A stretch of 64,000 nucleotides of DNA from Mobula hypostoma (taxonomy: Eukaryota): contig NC_086101.1 in the NCBI RefSeq assembly GCF_963921235.1, positions 1,240,001 through 1,304,000 of the forward strand, written 5' to 3'. Below the pieces are notes generated by a model. It searched no databases and had not been told where the DNA came from. It worked only from the letters and a program-made list of their open reading frames with translations. Made by a program: the position numbers and the translations under genes. Shown here piece after piece: positions 1 to 10,588 of the stretch. The first letter of the stretch is position 1. The number at the start of each line of letters is the position of its first letter.

Positions 1-59
1 CAGTAGCAAAGCATCAACCCTACCCACCCCCCCAGATACCCATTTCAGCAAAAAGCTTA

Positions 60-1308
60 GCATGAGCTTAAGAAAGAAATTAGGAGAGCCAGAAGGGGCC
101 ATGAGAAGGCCTTGGGGGACAGGATTAAGGAAAACTCCAAGGCATTCTACAAGTATGTGAAGAGCAAGAGGATAAGATGTGAGAGAATAGGATCAATCAA
201 ATGTGACAGTGGAAAAGTGTGTATGGAACCGGAGGAGATAGCAGAGGTTCTTAACGAGAACTTTGCTCAGTATTCACTACAGAAAAGGATCTTGGTGATT
301 GTAGAGATTACTTACAGTGGATTGAAAAGCTTGAACATGTAGATATGAAGAAAGAGGATGTGCTGGAGATTTTGGAAAGCATCAAGTTGGATAGGTCACT
401 GGGACCGGATGTTATGCACCCCAGGCTACTGTGGGAGGCGAGGGAGGAGATTGCTGAGCCTCTGGTGATGATCTTTGCACCATCAATAGGGACAGGGGAG
501 GTTCCGGAGCATTGGAGGGTTGCAGATATTGTTCCCTTATTCAGGAAAGGGAGTAGAGATAGCCCAGGGAGTCTTACTTCAGTGGTTGGTTAAGTTGATG
601 GAGAAGATCCTGAGAGGCAGGATTTATGAACATTTGGAGAGGCATAATATGATTAGGAATAGTCAGCATGGCTTTGTGAAAGGCAGGTCGTGCCTTACGA
701 GCCTGGTTGAATTTTTTGAGGATGTGATTAAACACATTGATGAAGGTAGAGCAGTAGATGTAGTGTATACTGATTTCAGCGAAGTATTTGACAAGGTACC
801 CCATGCAAGGCTTATTGAGACATGAGATCCAAGGGAACATTGCTTTGTGGATCCAGAACTGGCTTGCCCACAGAAGGCAAAGAGTGGTTGCAGACGGGTC
901 ATATTCTGCATGGAGGTCAGTCACCAGTGGAGTGCCTTGGGGATCTGTTCTGGGACTTCTACTCTTCGTGATTTTTATAAATGACCTGGATGAGGAAGTG
1001 GAAAGATGGGTTAGTAGATTTGCTGATAACACAAAGGTTTGGGGTGTTGTGGACAGTGTGGAGGGCTGTCAGAGGTTACAGCAGGTCACTGATACGATGC
1101 AAAACTGGGCTGAGAAGTGGCAAATGGAGCTCAACGCAGATAAGTGTGAGGTGGTTCATTTTCGTAGGTCAACTATGATGGCAGAATATAGTATTAATGG
1201 TAAGACTCTTGGCAGTGTGGAGGATCAGAGCGATCTCAGTGTCCGAGTCCATAGGGCACTCAAAGCTGCTACACAGGTTGACTGTGTGGTTAAGAAAGTG
1301 TATGGTGC
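60..1308 (+). mobile_element. CR1-clade LINE ORF2 fragment (reverse transcriptase), frameshifted
   Basis: Consecutive ORFs carry CR1 RT motifs: SQHGFVKGRSCLT, VDVVYTDFSEVFDKVPH, SGVPWGSVLG, FINDLD, SRFADNTK, NADKCEVVHF. Confidence 0.92.
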
Positions 1309-1353
1309 CAATGCACCATACACTTTCTTAACCACACAGTCAACCTGCGTAGC
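1268..1353. repeat. Near-perfect fold-back palindrome (41-bp arms, 4-nt spacer)
   Basis: 1268-1308 gctacacaggttgactgtgtggttaagaaagtgtatggtgc, spacer caat, then 1313-1353 is its reverse complement with one mismatch. Confidence 0.95.
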
Positions 1354-2200
1354 AAAAGAAAGCAAATTATAGGCCAGTTAGCTTAACCTCTGTGGTTGGG
1401 GAAGTGCTGGTGCCTATCATTAAGGATGAGGTTTCAGGGTACTTAGAGACTAATGATAAAATAAGTCAAAGTCAGCATGGTTTCTGTAAAGGGAAATCTT
1501 GTCTGACATATCTGTTAGAGTTCTTCGAGGAAATAACAAGCAGGGTGGACAAAGGAGAGGCAGTGGATTTGCAGAAGGCATCTGATAAGGTGCCACACCT
1601 GAGGCTGCTTAACAAAATACATCTTATGGTGTTACAGGAAAAACACTGGCATGTCTGACAGGCAGGAGGCGGTGAGCGGGAATTAAAGGAGTCAGGCTGT
1701 GGGTACATTTACGGCTGAAGTTGATAACTTCCTCATCAGTCAGGGCATCAAGTGATATGGCGAGAAGGCAGGTATATGCGATTAAGTGGGATCTGGGATC
1801 AGCCATGATGGAATGGCAGAGAAGAGTCAATAAGCTGAATGGCCTAACTCTGCCCCTGTCTTATGGTCTTATAAGTGCCCACCATCCACCAAGCAAGCAG
1901 TAACAAAGCTTCCCCAGGGCACCACTGCTCAGTACAAGAGGACATGGCTTTAAGGTGAGGGGTGGGAATTTCAAGGGGGATATTAGAGGAAGGTTTTTTA
2001 CTCAGAGAGTGGTTGGTGTGTGGAATGCACTGCCTGAGTCAGTGTGGAGGCAGATACACTGGTGAAGTTTAAGAGACTACTGGACAGGTATATGGAGGAA
2101 TTTAAGGTGGGGGGTTATATGGGAGGCAGGGTTTGAGGGTCGGCACAATATTGTGGGCCGAAGGGCCTGTACTGTGCTGTACTATTCTATGTTCTATGTT
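1354..2200 (+). mobile_element. Decayed CR1 fragments of other subfamilies, including two 3' ends
   Basis: SQHGFCKGKSCLTYLLEFFEE motif in ORF 1392-1658; 3' tails ttatggtcttat (~1872) and ttctatgttctatgtt (~2200). Confidence 0.8.
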
Positions 2201-2338
2201 TTAATAACAAAGAGAGACCATGATCTGCAGTCAATACAAACTGGCTTTCTCTCTCTCACTAACAATGTCACCTATTTCACAATGGAAGGGGATACCAACA
2301 AACAGTTGCTATTGCAATGTTAGTATGTTGCGTCATTT

Positions 2339-2344
2339 TTTATT
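2339..2344 (-). promoter_or_regulatory. Candidate polyadenylation signal of the minus-strand membrane-protein gene
   Basis: AATAAA on the minus strand followed by CA dinucleotides and a GT-rich tgtttgttgg tract, at the end of the unique island downstream of the last TM exon. Confidence 0.35.
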
Positions 2345-3095
2345 CCGAGATTCTCCGACTTGAGAACCTGCAGCACTCGAGCACAGAGAGCTCTGCCATA
2401 ACATTCACTGCCACAAAATCAAGATCTTCCTTCTCTCACGGCGCCTTAGTCATGGAATTGGTGATCCACAGGGCGACCATCTGCCCAACCATTTATATTT
2501 TGGGATTGAAGATGTTTGCAAAACCAGAAAAACGTGCTGTGGGCATTTTCTGAGAGAGCTCCGGATAATCTGTTCCAAATGCATCTGGGCTACCTCCCAA
2601 TGCATTTGGAACAATGAGTACTGATAGTAAGCACCACAGAAAGAAGATTATACTCCGAGAACAGTCTGGCTTGCAATGTATTGTCTGTGTTCAGTTGGAA
2701 ACATTAAAGAAATTCAATACTGCAGGCACAGTACAGTTCAAATTACAACTGCTTATCAGTGTAGACATGCACTGAGCAACAATGCCGTTGAGTTCTGAGA
2801 GTCATGCGTTCAGGACAGCTACTGCTTCTGTAGAAAGGACATGTCAAGGTTATGGAGTATTTCAGTTCTACAGCTTCCTTGCCTTTCGTGGCAATCAGTC
2901 AAAGGGGCACAGAGCAGAAACAGGCTGGCATTAAACCACAATTTGCCCATCTTTATCTTATGGCTACTCTGAACACAACTTACATTCATATATAAATTTC
3001 AGGATTTCACAAATTGGCACCAGCTTATACAACTGAAACTTTGAAAATATACTGTATAATCAATGCAATTCTAGTACAGTTCCACAGATACTCAC

Positions 3096-3203
3096 AGAAC
3101 TTGGTGTGAAAGAGGGCGAACAATCCAAGACCACAAACATAGAGCATCACCATCAGAATAATTTTCACAGACAGTGCATGGTATGATAACTGACATTTTT
3201 TGA
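3096..3203 (-). CDS. Coding exon (108 bp, phase 1-1), transmembrane helix, CD47 TM5-like
   Basis: Acceptor ttgtacttgtgttcgcag, donor gtgagtatc. Encodes (V)KKCQLSYHALSVKIILMVMLYVCGLGLFALFHTKF. Lies in non-repeat sequence. Confidence 0.75.
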
Positions 3204-3339
3204 CTGCGAACACAAGTACAATAGCCAGTTACAGATAAGTAATTGTGAAATTATAACAACACAGAATATGCCTGACTTGTCATGTCCATGCCATCTAAAG
3301 GGTGTTATTTTACTTTTCCCACATGCCTAATTTTATTTT

Positions 3340-3543
3340 ATTTAGAGATACAGGACTATCCGGCCCATCAACTCACTAATTTAACCTTAGCCTAATCACA
3401 GGACAATTTACAATGGCCAATTATTAACCTATCAACTGGTATGTCTTTAGTCTGAGAGAGGAAATTGGAGCACCCAAAGGAAACCCATGCACATATTGGA
3501 GGAATGTACATTTTTTTTAAACAGAGGACACCAGAATTGAACT
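3340..3543 (-). mobile_element. V-SINE (HE1-like) remnant
   Basis: gtctttagtctgagagaggaaattggagcacccaaaggaaacccatgca resembles the reverse complement of the V-SINE central domain as I recall it. Confidence 0.7.
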
Positions 3544-3649
3544 AAGTAATATAGGACAGTCCTCTCAATCACACCCAGATACACTTTAAACATTCTAAAT
3601 ATGTTTAAGAAGATGCTGAGGTCACGTCCAACCAAACCTGTAGAGCTTT

Positions 3650-4200
3650 TGACACATTGGCCTTCATGGAGGTTACCAGGAAAATTGATTAAGGAAAGGC
3701 AATAGATGTTTCTTACAAAGACTCGACAAGGTCCCGTTTAGGAAGTTGGTCAAGAAGGTTCGGTTGCTTGGAGCTCAAGATGGTTAAACTGGATTCATTG
3801 GAGAAGCCAAAGAGTGGTAGTAAATGGTTACCTCTCTGATTGGAGGACTATGACCAGTGTGGTGCCGTAGGGGTCAGTTCTGTTTGTCATCTATGGCAAC
3901 GATCGGGATGATAGTGTAGTTAACTGGATCAGCAAATTTGTGGAGGACACCAGGATTGAAGGCATAGTGGATAGCAAAGAAGGCCATCATGGCTTGCTGC
4001 AGGATCCGGACCAGCTAGGAAAATGGCAGCTGTAAGTGTGAGGTGGTGTACTTTGGTAGGATCAGCCAGGGTAGTTCTTACACAGTGAATTGTAGGGCAT
4101 TGAGGTATATGGTAGAACAAAGAGATTTGGGAGGACAGGTCCATAATTTGTTGGAAGTGGCTTGACAGGTAAATAGGGTCATAGAGAAAGATTTTGGCGT
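3650..4200 (+). mobile_element. Old, heavily decayed CR1 RT fragment
   Basis: Degenerate RT motif DNA (gtgccgtaggggtcagttctg; agcaaatttgtggaggacaccagg; aagtgtgaggtggtgtactttgg). Confidence 0.75.
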
Positions 4201-7200
4201 ATACTTTATACTTTATTGTCGCCAAACAATTGATACTAAAACGTACAATCATCACAGCGATATTTGATTCTGTGCTTCCCGCTCCCTGGATTACAAATAT
4301 TAAATATTAAAAATATTTAAAATAGTAAAAATTAGTAAATACTAAAAATTTAAATTATAAATCATAAATAGAAAATAGAAAAATGCAAAATAAGGTAATG
4401 CAAAAAAACCGAGAGGCAGGTCCGGATATTTGGAGGGTACAGCCCAGATCTGGGTCAGGATCCGTTCAGCAGTCTTATCACAGTTGGAAAGAAGCTGTTA
4501 CTAAATCTGGCCGTACGAGTCTTCAAGCTCCTGAGCCTTCTCCCGGAGGGAAGAGGGATGAAAAGTGTGTTGGCTGGGTGGGTCAAGTCCTTGATTATCC
4601 TGGCAGCACTGCCCCGACAGCCTGCAGTGTAAAGTGAGTCCAAGGACGATAGATTCGTTTGTGTGATGTGCTACGCCGTGTTCACAATCTTCTGCAGCTT
4701 CTTTCGGTCTTGGACAGGACAACTTCCATACCAGGTTGTGATACACCCTAGAAGAATGCTTTCTATGGTGCATCTATAAACATTAGTAAGGGTTTTAGAG
4801 GACAGGCCAAATTTCTTTAGTTTTCTCAGGAAGTAAAGGTGCTGGTGGGCCTTCTTGGCAGTGAACTCTGCTTGGTTGGACCAAGACAGGTCATTTGTGA
4901 TATTGACCCCGACGAACTTAAAGCTTTTGACCTGTTCCACTTGCGCATTAAAAAAGAAGTATAACAGAGCTAAGGTGAGTGGGAAGACGGATGATTGGGA
5001 AATTTTTAAGGAGCAACAGAACTTAGCTAAAAAGGCAATACGGGGAGAAGAAATGAGGTATGAACGCAAGCTAGCTAGGAATATAAAGGAGGATAGCAAA
5101 AGTTTTTTTTTAGGTATGTGAAGAGAAGGAAGTTAGTTAAGAACAATGTTGGGCCCTTGAAGAATGAATTGGGAGAAATTGTTATGGGAAACAGAGGAAT
5201 GGCAGACGAATTTAATAAGTACTTTGGATCTGTCTTCACTAGGGAAGATACAAGCAATCTCCCAGATGTATGGATGGGCCAAGGGCATAGGGTAACAGAG
5301 GAACTGAAACAGATTGACATTAGGAAGGAAACGGTGATGAGTAGACTGATGGGACTGAAGGCTAACAAATCCCCAGGTCTACATGGTCTGCATCCTAGAG
5401 TACTAAAGGAGGTGGCTCTGGAAATTGCGGATGCATTGGTGATCATTTTCCAATGTTCCTTAGATTCAGGATCAGTTCCTGAGGATTGGCGAATAGCTAA
5501 TGTATCCCACTTTTTAAGAAAGGAGGGAGGGAGAAAACAGAGAATTATCGCCCTGTTAGCCGAACATCAGTAGTGGGGAAGATGCTAGAGTCCATTATTG
5601 AAGATGAAATAGCGGCATATCTTGATAGCAGTGATAGGATTGGGCCGAGCCAGCATGGATTTACCAAGGGCAAATCATGCTTGACTAATCTATTGGAGTT
5701 TTTTGAGGATGTAACCAGGAAAATAGACGCAGGAGATCCAGTGGATGTGGTGTACCTTGACTTTCAGAAGGCATTTGATAAGGTACCACATAGGAGATTG
5801 GTGGGTAAAATCAGAGCTCATGGCATTGGGGGGAGGATATTGACATGGATAGAAAACTGGTTGGCAGATAGAAAGCAAAGGGTAGCGGTGAATGAGTGTT
5901 TCTCGGAATGGCAGGTGGTGACTAGTGGGTGCCACAGGGCTCGGTATTGGGACCACAGCTGTTTACAATTTACGTCAATGATTTAGAGGAAGGCATTGTG
6001 AATAACATCAGCAAGTTTGCTGATGATACTAAGCTGGGTGGCAGTGTGACATGTGATGAGGATGTTAGGTGAATTCAAGGTGACTTGTATAGGCTGGGTG
6101 AGTGGGCAGAAACTTGGCAGATGGCGATTAATGTGAATAAGTGTGAGGTTATTCACTTTGGGAGCAAGAACAAGTAGGCAGATTATTATCTGAATGGTGT
6201 GGAGTTAGGTAAGGGAGAAATGCAAAGAGATCTAGGAGTACTTGTTCATCAGTCTCTGAAGGTGAATGAGCAAGTGCAGCAGGCAGTGAAGAAGGCTAAT
6301 GGAATGTTGGCCTTTATTACAAAGGGAATTGAGTACAAGAGCAAGGAAATCCTTTTGCATTTGTACAGGGCCCTGGTGAGACCACACCTGGAGTATTGTG
6401 TGCAGTTTTGGTCTCCAGGGTTAAGGAAGGACATCCTGGCTGTGGAGGAGGTGCAGCGTAGGTTCACTAGGTTAATTCCTGGGATGTCCGGACTGTCATA
6501 CGCAGAGAGGTTAGAGAGACTGGGCTTGTACACGCTGGAATTAAGGAGATTGAGGGGGGATCTGATTGAGACATATAAGATTATTAAGGGATTGGACAAG
6601 ATAGAGGCAGGATGCTGGGAGAGTCCAGTACCAGAGGGCATGGTTTAAGAATAAGGGGTAGGTCATTTAGGACAGAGTTCAGGAGGAACTTCTTCTCCCA
6701 GAGTGTTGTGGAGGTGTGGAACGCGCTGCCTTAGAAGGCAGTGGAGGCCAATTCTCTGGATGCTTTCAAGAAGGAGCTAGATAGGTATCTTATGGATAGG
6801 GGAATCAAGGGTTATGGGGACAAGGCAGGAACCGGGTATTAATAGTAGATGATCAGCCATGATCTCAGAATGGCAGTGCAGGCTCGAAGGGCCGAATGGT
6901 CTACTTCTGCACCTATTGTCTATTGTCTATTGCGCACCACCGAAGTAAATTGAGTCGTGCGGTCCGCTACTCCTTCTGAAGTCAACAACCAATTCCTTCG
7001 TCTTGCTGACATCGAGGGATAGGTTATTGTCTTCGCACCATGCCACCAGGTTCTTAATTTCCTTTCTACTCAAACTCATCATTACCCAAGATACGACCTA
7101 CAATTGTTGTGTCATCAGCAAACTTATACTGTATATTGAGTATGATGGAAACTTGGCTACACAATCATAGGTGTACAGTGAGTACAGCAGGGGGCTTAGT

Positions 7201-8672
7201 ACACAGCCTTGTGGGGCACCGGTGCTCAGAGTGATTGCAGAGGAGAGCTGGTCCCCTATTTTTACAGCCTGGGTCCTGTCTGTGAGGAAGTTGAAGATCC
7301 AGCTGCAGATCTGAGTGCTAAGGCCCAGGTTCCGGAGCTTTGGAATCAGTTTATTTGGAATGATGGTATTAAAGGCAGAGCTGTAGTCAATGAGAAGGAG
7401 CCTTACGTATTCGTCTTTATTCTCCAGGTGTTCTAAGAAGGAATGTAGGGCCAGAGAGATGGCATCTGCCGTTGACCTGTTGCTCCGGTAGGCAAATTGC
7501 ATAGCGTCGAGGTTGAACGGTAGGCTGTGGTTAATGTGTGCCATAACCAATCTCTCGAAGCACTTCATAGCAATTGATGTCAGAGCCACAGGTCGATAGT
7601 CATTCAGGCATGCCACCTTCCTCTTCTTCGGCACTGGGATTATCGTTGCCTTCTTAAAACACGAGGGGATCTTAGACTGAAGCAAGGAGCAGTTGAAGAT
7701 ATCAGCAAACACTCCAGCTAGCTCGCTTGCACAGGCCCGGAGAACCCGTCCCGGGACGCCATCTGGGCCCATTGCCTTCCTTGGATTTATCTTCAGGAAG
7801 GCCCTTCTAACGTCCTCCTCGGTGACGATGAATCTTGATGCCACCAGGTCCGGTTCATCCAGAGGGAGCGGGATGCTCCTCTTCTGTTCAAATCTTGCGT
7901 AGAATACGTTAAGTTCGTCAGGAAGAGAAGTGCCACAGTTATTGATATTCCCAGCCTTTTCTTTGTGCCCAGTGATCTCATTTAGACCCTGCCATAGTCT
8001 ACTGGCATCCCATTATTTAGCCTGGGCTTCCAACTTGGCTCGATATTGCCTCTTGGCGCCCTTAATGGCTTCCCGGAGTTCACGCCTGGATTCCGTGTAG
8101 CGACTGGTATCCCTGGACCTAAAAGCCGCAGCTCTAGCCTTCAAAAGGGACTTGACCTCATAATTCATCCACGGTTTCCGGTTAGGGAATACCCGGATCG
8201 TCTTGCGAGACACACAGTCCTCTGTGCATTTCCAAATAAAGTCCGTGACAGCTGAAGCATACTCATCGAGGTTAGCTGCTGAGTCCTTGAATACTAACCA
8301 GTCCACCGATTCCAAGCCGTCACGGAGGACCTCATCCGTTTCCTCCGTCCAACGCGACACTACTTTTGACACCGTGACCTCCCGCTTCAGTTTCTGTTTG
8401 TAAGCCGGGAGGAGGAGTACGGCCTGATGGTCTGATTTTCCGAAGTAAGGTCGTGGGACGGAATGGTAGGCATCCTTGACTGCTGTGTAGCAGTGGTCAG
8501 GTATATTCGGGCCTCTAGTGGGGCAGGAGACATGATGGTATAACTTTGGCAGCACCTTTCTGAGGTTGGCCTGGTTAAAGTCCCCAGCTGTAATGAGCAA
8601 AGCCTCCGGATACCTGGTCTCAAGTTCACTGATGTTGACATACAGTATGTTCAGAGCACACTCCACGTCCGT
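4200..8672 (-). mobile_element. Rex1/Babar-clade LINE, 5'-truncated, split by a CR1 insertion
   Basis: APE endonuclease remnant (ITAGDFNQANL, DHCY, GKSDH; 8013-8666), RT (LNDYRPVALTS, IDYSSAFNTI, GAPQGCVLSPLLYSLYT; 7098-7844), C-terminus (FIPLPSGRRLRS, RFSNSFFP), and 3' tail gacaataaagtataaagtat. Confidence 0.9.
4948..6929 (+). mobile_element. 5'-truncated CR1 LINE nested in Rex1, with TSD
   Basis: RT and C-terminal motifs (LVRPHLEYCVQFWSP, RRLRGDLIETYKI); (tattgtc)n tail; TSD ttgcgca at 4941-4947 and 6930-6936. Confidence 0.95.
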
Positions 8673-8809
8673 ACCTGGTGTATTGTCTGTTATTTGGTGG
8701 GGTGGGGTACCTCACACAGCATCCACACAAACTAATTACCTAGTTTGGCGGGGCCGAGGGCTGTTTCCCTAGACGACAGCGAGTGAGGCTTACTGGGGGG
8801 GCTACATAG

Positions 8810-10170
8810 ACAACCCTTCCATGACTCCCTCCTTTTCTGCAGCTGTGATACTATCCCTGATTAGCAGTGCCAGTTCCCCACCTTTTTTTGTCTCTTTCCC
8901 TGTCCTTTTCGAAACATCTAAAGCCCGGCACCCTCAGCAGTCATTCCTGCCCCTGAGTCATCCAAGTCTCTGCAATGGCCACATTTCTTCTTTTATGATA
9001 GTTTCAAGCATTTTCCCAACTAAAGATGTTAAACTAACTGGTCTATTGTTACCTGCTTTTTGTGTAATCCTTTTTTGAACGGTGTTGTGACATTCGCCAT
9101 CTTCCAATCTGCTGGGACTTGTGCAGATTTCAGAGAATTTTGGTAAATTGAAACAAAGTCTCTACAATAACTTCTGCAATTTCTTTCAGCACCTGGGATA
9201 CATTCCATCAGGACAAGAGGACTAATCTATCTTCAAATCCACAAGTTTGTTCAGCACTACCTCTTTAGTGATAGCTATGGTATCACGGTCCTAACCCCCC
9301 ATCGCATCCATGACATCCCTCTTTGACACGTTAGATGTGTCCTCCATTGTGAAGACCGACACAAAATAGTGATTAAAAGCCTTTGCCATTAACTCATTAC
9401 CTGATATCAATTCCCCCTTCTCGTCCTCCAAGAAACCTATGTTCACTTTAGCCACCCTTTTCTGCTTTATATAATTATAAAAACATTTACTATCAGTTTT
9501 TATATTTTGTGCTACTTTATTTTCAACATCTATCTCTCGTTTCTTTATTGCTCGCTTAGTGGTTCTTTGGTGCTTTTTAAAGTTTTCACCAATCCTCCAG
9601 TTTCCCACTACTCTTGGTGACTTTGTATGCATAAACTTTTAGTTTGTTGCATTCTTTTATTTCCTTAGCTATCCATGTCTTGCTTTCGTCAACCTAACAG
9701 TCTTGCTTTTAACTGGAATATACTTTTGTTGAGCTCTGTGAAAATTCTCTTTGAAAGTCTTCCACTGTTCCTCAATCGTCCCACCATATAACCTGTGTTC
9801 CCAGTCTACACTAGCCAAATTCTCCATCCCACAGCAGCCTCTATTGTTTCAGCTTGTTTTAGATCGAACTATTGCACCTTCCATTTGTACCGCATTGCTT
9901 CCCCAGCACTACCTACCCCGCCACCCATCTTCGTATAATCCGCAAACTTTGCCACAGAGACATCAATTCCATTATCCAAATGATTGACAAACAATATGAA
10001 AATAGCGGTCCCAATACTGAGCCCTGAGAACACCACTGGTCACTGGCAGCCAACCAGAAAAGGCCCACTTTATTCCCATGCGCTGACTGCTGGCTGACAG
10101 ATACAGCCATTGCTCTATCCGTGCCGGTACCTTTCCTGTAGTCCATAGGGTCTTATCTTCTTAAACAGCC
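8810..10170 (-). mobile_element. CR1 ORF2 fragments (endonuclease/RT), deleted
   Basis: ORF 9291-9632 (DSKCFYNYIK, FVSVFTMED) and a QGSVLGPLF motif in ORF 9913-10146. Confidence 0.8.
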
Positions 10171-10373
10171 TTACTAGACAAAATCACTTGTCAGTGTATG
10201 ATTGAGCGTTGAACCTCAGTTCAGTTACTCCTAAATGTTCAATCACTGGCACCCAAAACATGACGAGCCAATTGGCAGAACTGTCCTGAGTCTTTAAAGG
10301 GACCAGTCCTAGCTATCATACACAAAATGCTGGTGAACGCAGCAGGCCAGGCAGCATCTCTAGGAAGAGGTAC

Positions 10374-10409
10374 AGTCGACGTTTCGGGCCGAAGCCCTTC
10401 GTCAGGACT
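10374..10409 (-). ncRNA. Minimal type I hammerhead ribozyme motif
   Basis: Minus strand reads AGUC-CUGACGA-A-GGGC-UUCG-GCCC-GAAAC-GUC-GACU: core, stem II, palindromic ACGU stem III, and stem I AGUC/GACU. Confidence 0.75.
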
Positions 10410-10552
10410 AACTGAAAGAAGAGGTAGTAAGAGATTTGAAAGTGGGAGGGGGAGGGGGAGATCCAAAATGATAGGAGAAGACAGGAGGGGGAGGGATGGA
10501 GCCAAGAGCTGATCTCCCACTTTCAAATCTCTTACTATCTCTTCTTTCAGTT

Positions 10553-10588
10553 CGTCCTGACGAAGGGCTTCGGCCCGAAACGTCAACT
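10553..10588 (+). ncRNA. Second hammerhead core with degenerate stem I
   Basis: cgtc-ctgacga-a-gggc-ttcg-gccc-gaaac-gtc-aact; the core is intact but the stem I pairing is mutated. Confidence 0.55.

Noticed and set aside
2317..2553. 78-aa plus-strand ORF in unique sequence
   Set aside because: No recognisable motif or convincing splice context; it is antisense to the putative 3' UTR.
8672..8810. Short unassigned segment at the Rex1 5' junction
   Set aside because: No ORF, splice pair or structure that I can support.
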